Shown: in pieces, positions 39,237 through 49,084 of the stretch
Layout of the letters: each line of letters starts with the position of its first letter
How positions within the stretch are numbered: position 1 is the first letter of the stretch
Source of the DNA: an uncultured Gemmatimonadaceae bacterium
GTDB lineage: Bacteria > Gemmatimonadota > Gemmatimonadetes > Gemmatimonadales > Gemmatimonadaceae
Direction: 5' to 3'
Assembly (NCBI GenBank): GCA_963829055.1
Contig: CAWHHI010000020.1
Span: 768,001 to 832,000, forward strand
Length of the DNA stretch: 64,000 bases
Program-made: the position numbers and the translations under genes
Notes under the pieces: generated by a model
Database searches by the model: none
The model's input: only the letters and a program-made list of their open reading frames with translations
Told to the model about the DNA's origin: nothing

Positions 39237-40506
39237 TCACCTCCCCATCAAGGCAGCCAGCCGACGCTCGAGGAATCTCCGCTCCGGCTCCTGTCGCGTG
39301 AGGCCTAACGCGCGCTCGTAGGCAGCCATCGCGTCCTCCGTGCGCCCCAGGCGGCGACACAGGTCCGCGCGCGCCGAGTGGGCGAGGTAGTACTCCGTGA
39401 GCTCGCCGCGCGCGAGGATCGCGTCGATGAGCGCGAGGCCCGCCGCCGGTCCGTCGCGCATCGCGACCGCGACGGCGCGGTTCAACTCCACGACGGGGCC
39501 GGGATCCGTCCGGAGCAGGACGTCGTACAGTCCCACGATCTGCCGCCAGTCCGTCGCGCCGGCGTTAGGCGCATCGGCGTGCACGGCCGCGATCGCCGCC
39601 TGCAGCGTGTACGGGCCGAAACCCGGCGACGCGGCCGCCTGCTCCACGAGCCGACGACCCTCGTCGATCTGCACCCGATTCCACAGCGAGCGATCCTGCT
39701 CCTCGAGCAACAGCAGGTCGCCAGCGCTCGATGCCCGTGCCGCCCTGCGCGCGTCGTGCAGCAGCATGAGCCCGAGCAGTCCCACGGCCTCCGGCTCCGG
39801 CAGTAACTCCACCAGCAATCGCCCCAGCCGAATCGCTTCCGCGCACAGATCGTGACGCGTGAGCGACGTGCCTGACGAGGCCGAGTAGCCCTCGTTGAAC
39901 ACGAGGTAGATGACGTGCAGCACCGTGTCGAGGCGCTCGGGAAGCTCGGCACGCGCGGGGACCTGATATGGAATGCGCGCGTCGCGGATCTTCGCCTTCG
40001 CGCGCACGATGCGTTGCGCGAGCGTCGGCGCCGGGGTGAGGAACGCACGCGCGATCTCCTCCGTCGTCAGTCCGCACACCTCGCGCAGCGTCAGCGCGAT
40101 CTGCGCGTCGGCCGCGAGCGCGGGGTGACAGCAGGTGAAGATGAGGCGAAGTCGATCGTCGTCCACCTGTTCGTCGTCCACGTCAGGCGCGGGCGTGACG
40201 GCGCTCGCCAGGCGATCGGCGACCTCCGCGAGCGCGGCGTCGAACTTCGCGCGCCGACGCAACCGGTCGATCGATTTGAACCGGCCCGTGGACACGAGCC
40301 ACGCGCGCGGACTCGTCGGCACGCCTTCCAGTGGGCCACCGCTCTACGGCCGCCGCGAACGCGTCGTGCAGCGCCTCCTCCGCGAGATCGAAGTCCCCAA
40401 GCAGGCGGATGAGCGTCGCCAACACGCGACGCGACTCGGCCCGATAGACGGCGTCGATGACCGCACGCGTGTCCGCCGGCGGTCCCGGAGCAGCGGGAGT
40501 CGTCAC
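39237..40506 (-). CDS. ECF42-type sigma factor with TPR C-terminus, frameshift near 40330
   Basis: RVLATLIRLLGDFDLAEEA, DDRLRLIFTCCHPAL, YLVFNEGY, VVELNRAVAV. Confidence 0.9.
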
Positions 40507-40733
40507 GCGATAGCCGATCCGCCTAACGTGTCACGATGTGGTGATCCGTGCCCATTCGCGTCCATTCCACTCCCATGTATCACCGAGAAGACCACTGTCG
40601 TCGTTGCCATGCGCCAGCGGACGACGTCCACGACAGCGCAGGCTCGTCCTTGTTCCACCCGGTGTATAGGAGAAACCCGTCAGGCGCCGCCGCGGCTGGC
40701 GAGATGGGGCTGAGACACGGGCCCGGGGACGGC

Positions 40734-40892
40734 TGTCATTCCGAGCGAGCGGAGCGAGTCAAGGAATCGAGACTTTCACGGTAGAGAGCCCTCTACCTAT
40801 CCGATCACGATTCCTCGACTCGGCGTTCGGCCTCCGCTCGGAATGACAACGCTCCTCGACTGCGCGCCTCCGGCGCTCCGCTCGGAATGACA
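40734..40892. repeat. REP-like palindromic element (family A)
   Basis: TGTCATTCCGAGCG, GGAATCG...CGATTCC, GTAGAGAGCCCTCTAC, 2x CGCTCGGAATGACA. Confidence 0.85.
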
Positions 40893-40896
40893 ACCG

Positions 40897-41253
40897 CTAC
40901 TGCCCCGCGAACACCATGACCGGGCGGACTTCGATAGAGCCCGTCTTCGCGCCTGGAATCCGCGCGGCCAGCTGGATGGCGTCGTTCAGGTCCTTCGCCT
41001 CCACCAGGTAGTACCCACCGAGCTGCTCCTTCGTCTCGGCGAATGGCCCATCTGTCGTGGAGACCTTGCCGTTGCGAACGCGGACCGTGGTAGCCGTGTG
41101 AGTCGGCTGGAGTGCTTCGCCCCCGACCATGTGGCCGCTCTTCTTGATGTCTTCGGTGAACGTGCCGTATTCGGCCGTCATGGCGTCACCCTGATTCTTC
41201 GTGTACTGCGACCAGTTCTGTTCGTTGTCGTAGATGAGGCAGAGGTACTTCAT
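40897..41253 (-). CDS. YCII/DGPF-family protein
   Basis: MKYLCLIY, TDGPFAETKEQLGGYY, IEVRP. Confidence 0.92.
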   Translation of the reverse strand: MKYLCLIYDNEQNWSQYTKNQGDAMTAEYGTFTEDIKKSGHMVGGEALQPTHTATTVRVRNGKVSTTDGPFAETKEQLGGYYLVEAKDLNDAIQLAARIPGAKTGSIEVRPVMVFAGQ

Positions 41254-41348
41254 GGCGTCCCTCCAGAGGGTTGGATATCGTTGGCGTCGTGCGACGTATG
41301 ATCGGTAAGTAGTCGATCAGCGAACGTCGGAATCGACAGGGAGGCTCC

Positions 41349-41741
41349 GTGGCGACGAAAAAAGTCAAACGTGGATTCCCGAAGGCGGTGACGGCCGCGA
41401 TCGCGAAGGACAAGATATTGGGCATTCAGGCGGGCGACGGCGGCCACCGCTTCATCGGCGTGTGGGCCGTGGTGGTGGACGGCCGGGTGTTCATCCGCTC
41501 GTGGGGGCTCGAGCGACGGAGCTGGTATCAGGCGTTCCGTGAAAATCCGATGGGACGGATCCAGGCGGCGGGTCGGGAGCTCCGAGTGAAGGCGATCACC
41601 AGCGTATCCGAACGCACGAAGGCGGCGGTCGATGCGGCGTATGCCGAGAAGTACGATACCCCCGGGGCGATCAAGTACGTGCGAGGCTTCAAGCGATCGA
41701 AGCGTCGGCGGGATACAACGACTGAGTTGTTGCCGGTGTAG
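41349..41741 (+). CDS. DUF2255-like protein
   Basis: VWAVVVDGRVFIRSW, AVDAAYAEKY. Confidence 0.7.
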   Translation: MATKKVKRGFPKAVTAAIAKDKILGIQAGDGGHRFIGVWAVVVDGRVFIRSWGLERRSWYQAFRENPMGRIQAAGRELRVKAITSVSERTKAAVDAAYAEKYDTPGAIKYVRGFKRSKRRRDTTTELLPV

Positions 41742-41751
41742 GCTCGAGTTC

Positions 41752-42156
41752 ATCGCGCCGGGGCCGGTGGGAACTACGATTGGGCGGATCTGTATTGCGA
41801 AACTACCGGATACAGTTTGCATTCCCGGCCTCATCGCGCCGCGGTCGGTGGGAACTGCGATTTGGCGGATGACACGGAAGAAGCAGGATATCACTCGGTA
41901 GATCCGGCTCCTCGCGCAACGAGCCGGGATTCTTTGGGAACGGCCGCTCGGGAGACGCCTGCGTCCCGAGCGGCCGTTCCCATTCATTCAGGTCCGGCGA
42001 GAGCCAGCGTCGATGCAAAGCTGTATCCGGCCGTTTTCCGTGTCATCCGCGAAATCGTAGTTACCACCGACCGCAGCGCGATGACGTGTGAATGCATAGC
42101 CGTACCCGGTAATCTCGAGATCCGCCCAATCGTGGCTCCCATCGGTCGCCGCGCGA
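41752..42156. repeat. About 400-bp nested-palindrome element (family B), copy 1
   Basis: Long imperfect arms built from about 80-bp subunits; central 19-bp perfect IR 41935-41953/41964-41982. Confidence 0.85.
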
Positions 42157-42188
42157 CATAGCCTATCCAACAAATCGTCACACCAGCG

Positions 42189-42791
42189 ATGCCCACCAAG
42201 AAGAAGACCGCGGACAGCGCCATCGATCTCCCCATCAAGTCCTTCAAGACCGAAGACGCGTTCGCGAAGTGGCTCGAATCGAATCACACGAAGTCGCGCG
42301 GCATCTGGCTGCGCATCGCGAAGAAGGACAGCGGGCTCTCGTCGGTCACGTACGCGCAGGCGCTCGACGTCGCGTTATGCTACGGCTGGATCGATGGCCA
42401 GAAACGGCCATACGATGAGACGACGTGGCTGCAGCGGTTCACGCCACGCAGTCCGCGCAGCGTCTGGTCGAAGATCAACACCGGCAAGGTGCAGACGTTG
42501 ATCGAGAGCGGACGCATGCGACCTGCCGGGCTCGCGGCGGTCGAGTCGGCGAAAGCGGACGGTCGCTGGGAGTCTGCGTATCAGCCCTCGAAGAACGCGG
42601 AGATCCCGGCAGACCTCCAGGCGGCGCTCGACGCGAACCCGAAAGCGAGGGCGTTCTTCGAAACGCTGCGTGGCGCGAATCGTTATGCGGTGATCTACCG
42701 CGTCAGCACGGCGAAGAAACCGGAGACGCGAGCGCGCCGCATCGCGGATTTCGTGGAGAGACTCGCGCGGGGCGAGACGCTGCATGGTTAG
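42189..42791 (+). CDS. YdeI/OmpD-associated family protein
   Basis: ALCYGWIDG, RFTPRSPRSVWSKIN, GRMRPAG, AKKPETRARRI. Confidence 0.92.
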   Translation: MPTKKKTADSAIDLPIKSFKTEDAFAKWLESNHTKSRGIWLRIAKKDSGLSSVTYAQALDVALCYGWIDGQKRPYDETTWLQRFTPRSPRSVWSKINTGKVQTLIESGRMRPAGLAAVESAKADGRWESAYQPSKNAEIPADLQAALDANPKARAFFETLRGANRYAVIYRVSTAKKPETRARRIADFVERLARGETLHG

Positions 42792-42835
42792 GCATCGATG
42801 TCATCCCTCGCGGCCGCTCGGGATGACACATGACC

Positions 42836-43195
42836 CTACCGCACCGTCACCTGCATGCTCGACCCCTCAGCGCCGCTGTACGTCGCGACCACCGTTGCCT
42901 GACCCACGCGCTTTCCAGTGACCCGCCCCGAGCTCGCATCCAGGCTGATGATGTTCGCGTCCGCCGCTGATGAGAGGCTCCACTGCGGCGACACGGTGTC
43001 ATAGCGGCCATCGCGGCACCACGTGGCCTTCGGCGTCAGCGACTCCCCGACCGCCACGTAGACGACCCTCGGACTGATCACGATCGTCAAGCCGCCGCCA
43101 CCGCCGCACGATGGATCGCCGATGGCGACGACACAGCGAGTGGACGAGCCGGCGATCACGGACGCGGCAGCGGAGGCAACAACAAGTCGGCGCAT
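42836..43195 (-). CDS. Small secreted Ig-like (Big_2) domain protein
   Basis: Signal-like MRRLVVASAAAS; WSLSS..IISLDASSGRVTGKRVGQATVVATY. Confidence 0.6.
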   Translation of the reverse strand: MRRLVVASAAASVIAGSSTRCVVAIGDPSCGGGGGLTIVISPRVVYVAVGESLTPKATWCRDGRYDTVSPQWSLSSAADANIISLDASSGRVTGKRVGQATVVATYSGAEGSSMQVTVR

Positions 43196-43269
43196 GAGTA
43201 GCTGAGCCCCCCGTGGCGGTTCCTCCAATATTCGTGAGGAACCGCCGCGACTCAACTGTCCCCTACGGA

Positions 43270-45766
43270 CTACTCGTACCGCAGCGCCTGCATCGGGTGA
43301 ATGCGCGACGCCCGACGCGCTGGCAGATACCCGGCGGCAAGCGCGACGAGCGCGAGCACGGTACCAGCGACGACCACGACCAGCGGGTCGTGCCCCTCGA
43401 GCCCGAACAGCAACGACCGGGCGGTCTTCTCGAGCGCCAACGCGCCGACCACGCCGATCACGCCGCCGACGATCGTCATGCTGCCGACCTGCTTCAACAC
43501 CATCGACCGCACGCGCCCGGAGTCGGCGCCTAACGCCATGCGCACGCCGATCTCCCGCGTCCGCTGCGTCACGGTGTACGCCAGCACGCCGTAGAGCCCG
43601 ACCGCCGCCAGCAACGTCGCCAGCGCGGCGAACGCGGCCGACAGCGTGCTGATCATGCGGTCGAGGAAGACGTTCTCGCGGACCTGCTGCGGCAACGTCT
43701 TGATGTTCTCGACCGGCAAGTTCGGATCGAGACGCGTGATCAGCGCGGGAATCGTCCGCATGAGCTGCTTCGGATCGATCGACGTGCGGACGTAGAAGTT
43801 CAGCTGACCGATCGTCGAGTCCTGCGCCCACGGGAGGAAATACACCGGCGGGATGTCGTCCTTGACGTCGTTGTACTTCGCATCCTTCACGAGCCCGACG
43901 ATCTCCATGTCGTTGATCTTGGCGCCGGACAGCGCCATGTGCTTGCCGACCGCGTCGCGCCCGAGCTTGAACTTCTTCGCGAACGCCTCGTTCACGATTG
44001 CGACCTTCGGCGTCCCGACGCGGTCGGACGCGGTGAACTCACGTCCCGACACCATCGGGACGCCTAACGTCTTGAAGTAGCCGGCACCCACGGCGTTGAA
44101 CCGCGAGTTGCTGTTGATGTCCGGACCGGACTTCCAGCCATCTACTTCCACATCGTTCCCCCAGCTGTTCCCGCCAAGCAGGCCGACGAGCGACTCCGTC
44201 ACACCAGTCACGCCGGGAATGCCGTCGAGCGACTCCTCCACGCGCTCGAAGAACTGGTGCGACTGCGTGCGCGTGTAGCCGTTCCGCTCCGGGCGAGATC
44301 GAGAACATCACCACGTTCTCGACGTTCAGCCCCAGATTCACTCGGCTCACGTTGAGCAGGCTGCGCACGAAGAGACCGGCACCCACGAGCAACGCCATCG
44401 ACAGCGCGATCTGCACCGTCACGAGCGAGCTGCGGAAACGCGTCGCAGCACGCGTGCCGGAATGCTTTCCGGAATTCGCCCGCAGCGTCGTGACCAGATC
44501 GGGGCGCGTGCTGTGCAGCGCCGGATACATCCCGAACAGGAGCCCGGTCAAAATGGAGAGTCCGGCGGCGAACGCGACCACGGTCGGATCGAGCTCGAAG
44601 CGCAGGGTCGAGAGCGCATCGCTCGGTAGCAGCGCCGAGAGTCCGGAGAGCGTCAACCGTGCGACGAACAGGCTCACCGCGCCGCCGAGCAGCGCGAGCA
44701 CACACGACTCGGTGAGGAGCTGCGTCAGCAGCTGACCACGAGTGGCGCCGAGCGAGAGGCGCACCGCCATCTCCATTGACCGGTTCGCGGCGCGGGCGAG
44801 CAGCAGGTTCGCGATGTTCGCGCAGGCGATGATGAGGACGATCGTAGTGATGCCGATGAGCAGCAACAGCGGCGTACGGACTCGTTGATGGATCGAGCTC
44901 TGTCCGCGCGCACCGTCGACGACACCGAGCTCCTTCGCGCGGAACCGCTCGAGCGTTTTCGGGCTGATCCCTTCCTGAAGCTTCGCCTCGACGTCGTTGA
45001 TGATCGGCTTGTAGATCGCGTTCATGCCGCGCTTTGCGTCAGCGATGGACACGCCCGGCTTGAGCCGCGCAAACGCGTAGATCCAGTAGTTGTTCCGCCG
45101 TTCGTACCCCTTGAAGCCGGGCGACAACACCGCGCGCATGGTGATCGGCACGTAGATCTTCGGCCTGGTGCCGAGGGTGGTCCCCTCGAACCCCTGGGGC
45201 GCGACGCCGACGATCGTGAACGGCACCCCGTTGATGATGATCGGCTGCCCGATCACGGACGGATCGGACGCCAGCTTCGTCTCCCAGTAGCTGTAGCCGA
45301 GGACGGCGACCGGGTGAGCGCCGATGGTCTGGTCGTCGGAGGGGCTCAGCAGTCGGCCGGCCGCGGGGCGAAGCTGAAGCACGGGGAAATACGACCCGGA
45401 CACGAACATTGCGTCGCCGTTGAGCGTCTGTCGGCGGAACGAGAGGTTGGCCCCGAAAGAACGGTGGGCGGCGATGCCGGTGAACACGGTCTGGGCCTTT
45501 TCGAGGTCCCGGAACATCGGGTAGCTCAGGATCACTCGGCAGTCGCCTGCCATGGTGCACGACTGGGATCCGCCGTTCGGCTCGGAGCCTTCGAGGTTTA
45601 CGAGGCGATTGGGCTGCGGCACCGGCAGTGGCCGGAGCAGCATTTGATTGAAGAGAGAGAAGATGGCCGCGTTCGCACCGATACCGAGGGCGAGTGAGAG
45701 CACCGCCACGGCGGTGACGAACGGCGTCTTGAATAGCGTGCGAAGCGCCAGCTTGAGATTGGCCAT
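43270..45766 (-). CDS. ADOP-type ABC permease, frameshift near 44290
   Basis: LKLALRTLFKTPF, LIIACANIANLLLARA, QRTREIGVRMALGA, IHPMQALRYE. Confidence 0.9.
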
Positions 45767-46277
45767 GACTCGATCGGAAAGAGGCTACCGTAGGACAAAG
45801 CGGCGCGCCGGAACGTTTGCAGCGCGCGTACGGGCCCTGCCCTCAAACGAATTGGGCCTTTCGAAGCCGGAGCTGGGCAATCACCGAGGTGATCGAGGTA
45901 AGCTCCGGCACGACAACGCGATGTGTCGTCGCCGTCGAGGCGTCGAGCGGTCCGCGGGTGTCGCCAACCGAGGCTCCGCTCCGACCGCGCGGTGATCGCG
46001 GGAATGGCAGGCATGGCCGGTTAGGACAACGCTTAACGCGGGACGCTGCATGCGGTGTTGTGGCGTAAGCGGTTTGTTAAGCGACGTGCATCAGATTCGT
46101 GCGTGACCGGGGACGCGTGCGGGAGTCGCCGCGACGGCCGGTCGGTACCACTCGACGAGGCAAGTCCAAATGTCACGAACCATGCAGCTTCCCGTGGTCG
46201 CCCGTATCGTGGCCGACCTTGATGTTCCGGATCTTACAGTCGCTCCCCGCATCCGTCGGTCGACGTTCGCGCGGCTG

Positions 46278-47555
46278 ATGTCATTTTTTCTCCGTTCCGT
46301 TGCACGCGGCCCTTGGTGCATGCGCCCGATCGCGGCGGCGCTGGTCGCGTCAGTCCTGGCGTGCTCGGATTCCAGCGATCCGGTGACCGCGCCTCGCCCA
46401 GTCGCGAGCGCCGGCGTCACACCGAGGACTGTGGTGCTGGAGAGCGGTGAGACGCGACAGTTGACCGCCGTGGCGCTCGATGCGGCCGGGGCTGTCGTGG
46501 ACGGACGGACGGTCAGGTGGTCCACGGACCAACCCGCGGTCGCGACGGTCTCGGCGACTGGTCTCGTGCGGGCGGTGGCGCGGGGCTACGCCGTGATCAC
46601 GGCGACGGTGGACGGAAAGTCGGCGTCCTCTGTGGTGACGGTGCCGACGCCAGAGCCGGCCACGGAGTACGACCTCGTGTACGAGCGCAGGCCGTCCAAC
46701 GGAGATGCCGACATTCGCCGCCTGTCGTTGGCGACCGGTGCGATCACGTCACTGCCGTTGGTGGTGACGATTCCGGGAACGTCCGTGCGTGATGTCGCGC
46801 CGTCGCCAGACGGGACGCGGGTGGCATTCACGGTCGCGTGGTATCCCGCGGACTCGCCAACGCTCGACGGCGACATCTATGTGGCGAACATCAATGGCAG
46901 CGGCCTGCGGCGCCTAACGACGACCGAGGAGCTCGACGAGCAGCCGTCGTGGTCGCCGGACGGCACGCGCATCGCGTTCCGCAGCAACCGCTCAGGGAAC
47001 TGGGACATCTGGGTAATAAACGCGAACGGCACCGGCCAGGTGAACCTCATGCAGAACGTGCTGCCGGCGACGAGCACCGAGACGACGCCGGCGTGGTCGC
47101 CGGACGGCGCGCGCATCGTGTACTCGAGCGACATCGACAGCTTCGCGTACGGGAAGCTGTGGACGATGCGTCCCGACGGAAGCGACAAGCAGCGGCTCTT
47201 TCCGCAATCGAGCGCGGCGACAGACGTTGACCGCGACCCGAGCTGGTCGCCTGACGGGTCGAAGATCGCCTTCCGGCGTGTGAGTGCGGCGGCAACTGGT
47301 GCGGATCTCATGATCGCGACGGTCGCGACGGGCTCCGTCACGCGCATCGAGATCGCTGGCGCCCAGGCATTCCCGGCGTGGGCGCCCAATGGGTCGCGCA
47401 TCGCGTTCATGTCGAATCACGAGGGGCTGCTCTCGCACATCTACACAATGGCGCCCGACGGCAGTCAGATCAGCCGCTACACCGCGGGACCGGACGAGAA
47501 CGCGTACCCGCGATGGCTGCGGGCGGCGCCCGCGACGCGGGCGGTGGCGAGGTAA
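46278..47555 (+). CDS. Lipoprotein with Ig-like domain and TolB/PD40 propeller (start uncertain)
   Basis: VLAC lipobox; WSTDQPAVATVSATG; repeated PSWSPDGTRIAF. Confidence 0.82.
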   Translation: MSFFLRSVARGPWCMRPIAAALVASVLACSDSSDPVTAPRPVASAGVTPRTVVLESGETRQLTAVALDAAGAVVDGRTVRWSTDQPAVATVSATGLVRAVARGYAVITATVDGKSASSVVTVPTPEPATEYDLVYERRPSNGDADIRRLSLATGAITSLPLVVTIPGTSVRDVAPSPDGTRVAFTVAWYPADSPTLDGDIYVANINGSGLRRLTTTEELDEQPSWSPDGTRIAFRSNRSGNWDIWVINANGTGQVNLMQNVLPATSTETTPAWSPDGARIVYSSDIDSFAYGKLWTMRPDGSDKQRLFPQSSAATDVDRDPSWSPDGSKIAFRRVSAAATGADLMIATVATGSVTRIEIAGAQAFPAWAPNGSRIAFMSNHEGLLSHIYTMAPDGSQISRYTAGPDENAYPRWLRAAPATRAVAR

Positions 47556-47576
47556 CAGGCGACCCATACTCTGCCG

Positions 47577-48026
47577 ATGAACCTTCGCACCGCATCGATC
47601 GCCGCCACTGTCGTGCTGGTGGCGGTGATCGTGGCGCTCTACCTCCGGCACGAGTTGTTAGGCGCGAACACCGTCGCGGTCGTCCTGCAGGTTGCCGCGG
47701 TCGCTCTCATGCTCTGGGCGCGGGTGACGTTCGGGCGTCGCAGCTTTCACGCGGCGGCCAATCCGACTGCCGGCGGGTTGGTTACCTGGGGCCCCTACCG
47801 CTACTGGCGCCATCCGATCTACTCGGCGGTTCTGCTCTTTCTGTGGAGCGGCGTCCTCAGTCACGGGCTCGATCCGCTGGCCATCACGCTCGCCGTCGTG
47901 GGCACGCTGGCGACGATCGTGCGGGTGTTGTCCGAGGAACGCCTGCTGCGAGCCGAGTTCTCGGGGAGCGACGGGTACGACGCCTACGCGCGGCGGACGA
48001 AGCGGTTCGTGCCGTTCGTGCTCTGA
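47577..48026 (+). CDS. Isoprenylcysteine carboxyl methyltransferase-family membrane protein
   Basis: LVTWGPYRYWRHPIYS, EERLL, YARRTKRFVP. Confidence 0.88.
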   Translation: MNLRTASIAATVVLVAVIVALYLRHELLGANTVAVVLQVAAVALMLWARVTFGRRSFHAAANPTAGGLVTWGPYRYWRHPIYSAVLLFLWSGVLSHGLDPLAITLAVVGTLATIVRVLSEERLLRAEFSGSDGYDAYARRTKRFVPFVL

Positions 48027-48080
48027 GGCGTCGTTGCAGGCCGTGCGAAGCCCCTCGGCAAATGGTCGGCGTTAGCGGAA

Positions 48081-48390
48081 ATGCCAGAAACGGCGCGGAA
48101 TGCCGAAGGGCGCCGAATCCCGAACGGCGCGAAATCCCAGACAGCGCGAAATCCCAGACAGCGCCAAATCCCGAAGAGCGACAAAGAGCGGAACGGCCCC
48201 GCCGTTGGGCGCCGTCTGGGATTTCGCGCTTTTCGGGATTTCGCGCTTTTCGGGATTTCGCGCTTTTCGGGATTTCGCGCCGTCTCGGGATTTCGCGCCG
48301 TTCGGCATCTGGCGCCGTCTGGCATTCTGCGCCTTTACTGCGTTGCGCCGTTCGGCATTCCGCGCTCTTACGGCTCTGCGCCGTTCACCG
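48081..48390. repeat. Mirror-arranged 17-18-bp tandem array between convergent genes
   Basis: Right half GGGATTTCGCGCTTTTC x3 plus variants; left half reverse-complement units GCGAAATCCCAGACA. Confidence 0.85.
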
Positions 48391-48399
48391 CCTTTTCCG

Positions 48400-49084
48400 T
48401 TATCGGATTCCTTGCCCGATTGGGAGCACGGCATTGTCCGCCACTACCCAGATGCGGTCTCCAGGCTCGACGGGAATGTCCGCCAGCCCGGTGAACTCCC
48501 CGAACGCTGGCAGGACCGCCGTCCTCGGCTGCACCCAGAAGCACGGCAGTCTCGCGTGCTCGCGGCCGGGTCCCGTTAGGCGCACGCCTGGATGCACGTG
48601 CCCGCAGAGGACGTATCCGGCGTCCGACACCGCCGGCTTGTGGGTGAACACGAACGGCGGCTCCGCGACCGGGCCGTCGACACAACGAATGTCGACCTCC
48701 GGCCCCGGGTCGCCGGCGCGCGCGTCATGGTTGCCGCGCACGATCACCATATCGACCGCGCGCATTCCGACTCCGCCATTCGTCGACCACTCGTGTGGTC
48801 TCCGCTTCACGCCCTTCGCGGGCGTGCAGAAAGTCGCCGAGGAAGATGATGCGCGTCGCGCCGGTGCGCGTGAGCGAACTGTCGAGCCGCTGGAGCGATC
48901 CGGTCGTCGTGCCGCGCGGCACCGGCACGCCCGCCGCACGAAACGCCGCTGCTTTTCCGAAATGCGGATCAGCGACGAGCAACGTCCGCGCGCGCTCCCA
49001 GTACGCGGCGCGCTCCGGCAGCAACACGAGCCGCTCGCCGGCGACGTCGGCGACGGCGTCGTGGTCAAAGCCCGCGGTGGTCAT
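48400..49084 (-). CDS. pdeM: Ligase-associated DNA damage response metallophosphoesterase, frameshift near 48770
   Basis: LLVADPHFGKAAAFR, FLGDFLH, VRGNHD, GHVHP, LPAFGEFTG. Confidence 0.88.

Noticed and set aside
39237..41253. Sigma factor plus YCII pair as novel
   Set aside because: This is the known ECF42-DGPF association.
46031..46082. GCTTAAC...GTTAAGC as an attC site
   Set aside because: Only 52 bp, inner boxes poorly paired and mis-spaced, and no cassette gene ends at it. It may be an operator between divergent genes.
48081..48390. CRISPR array
   Set aside because: Units are contiguous 17-18-mers without spacers, and there are no cas genes.
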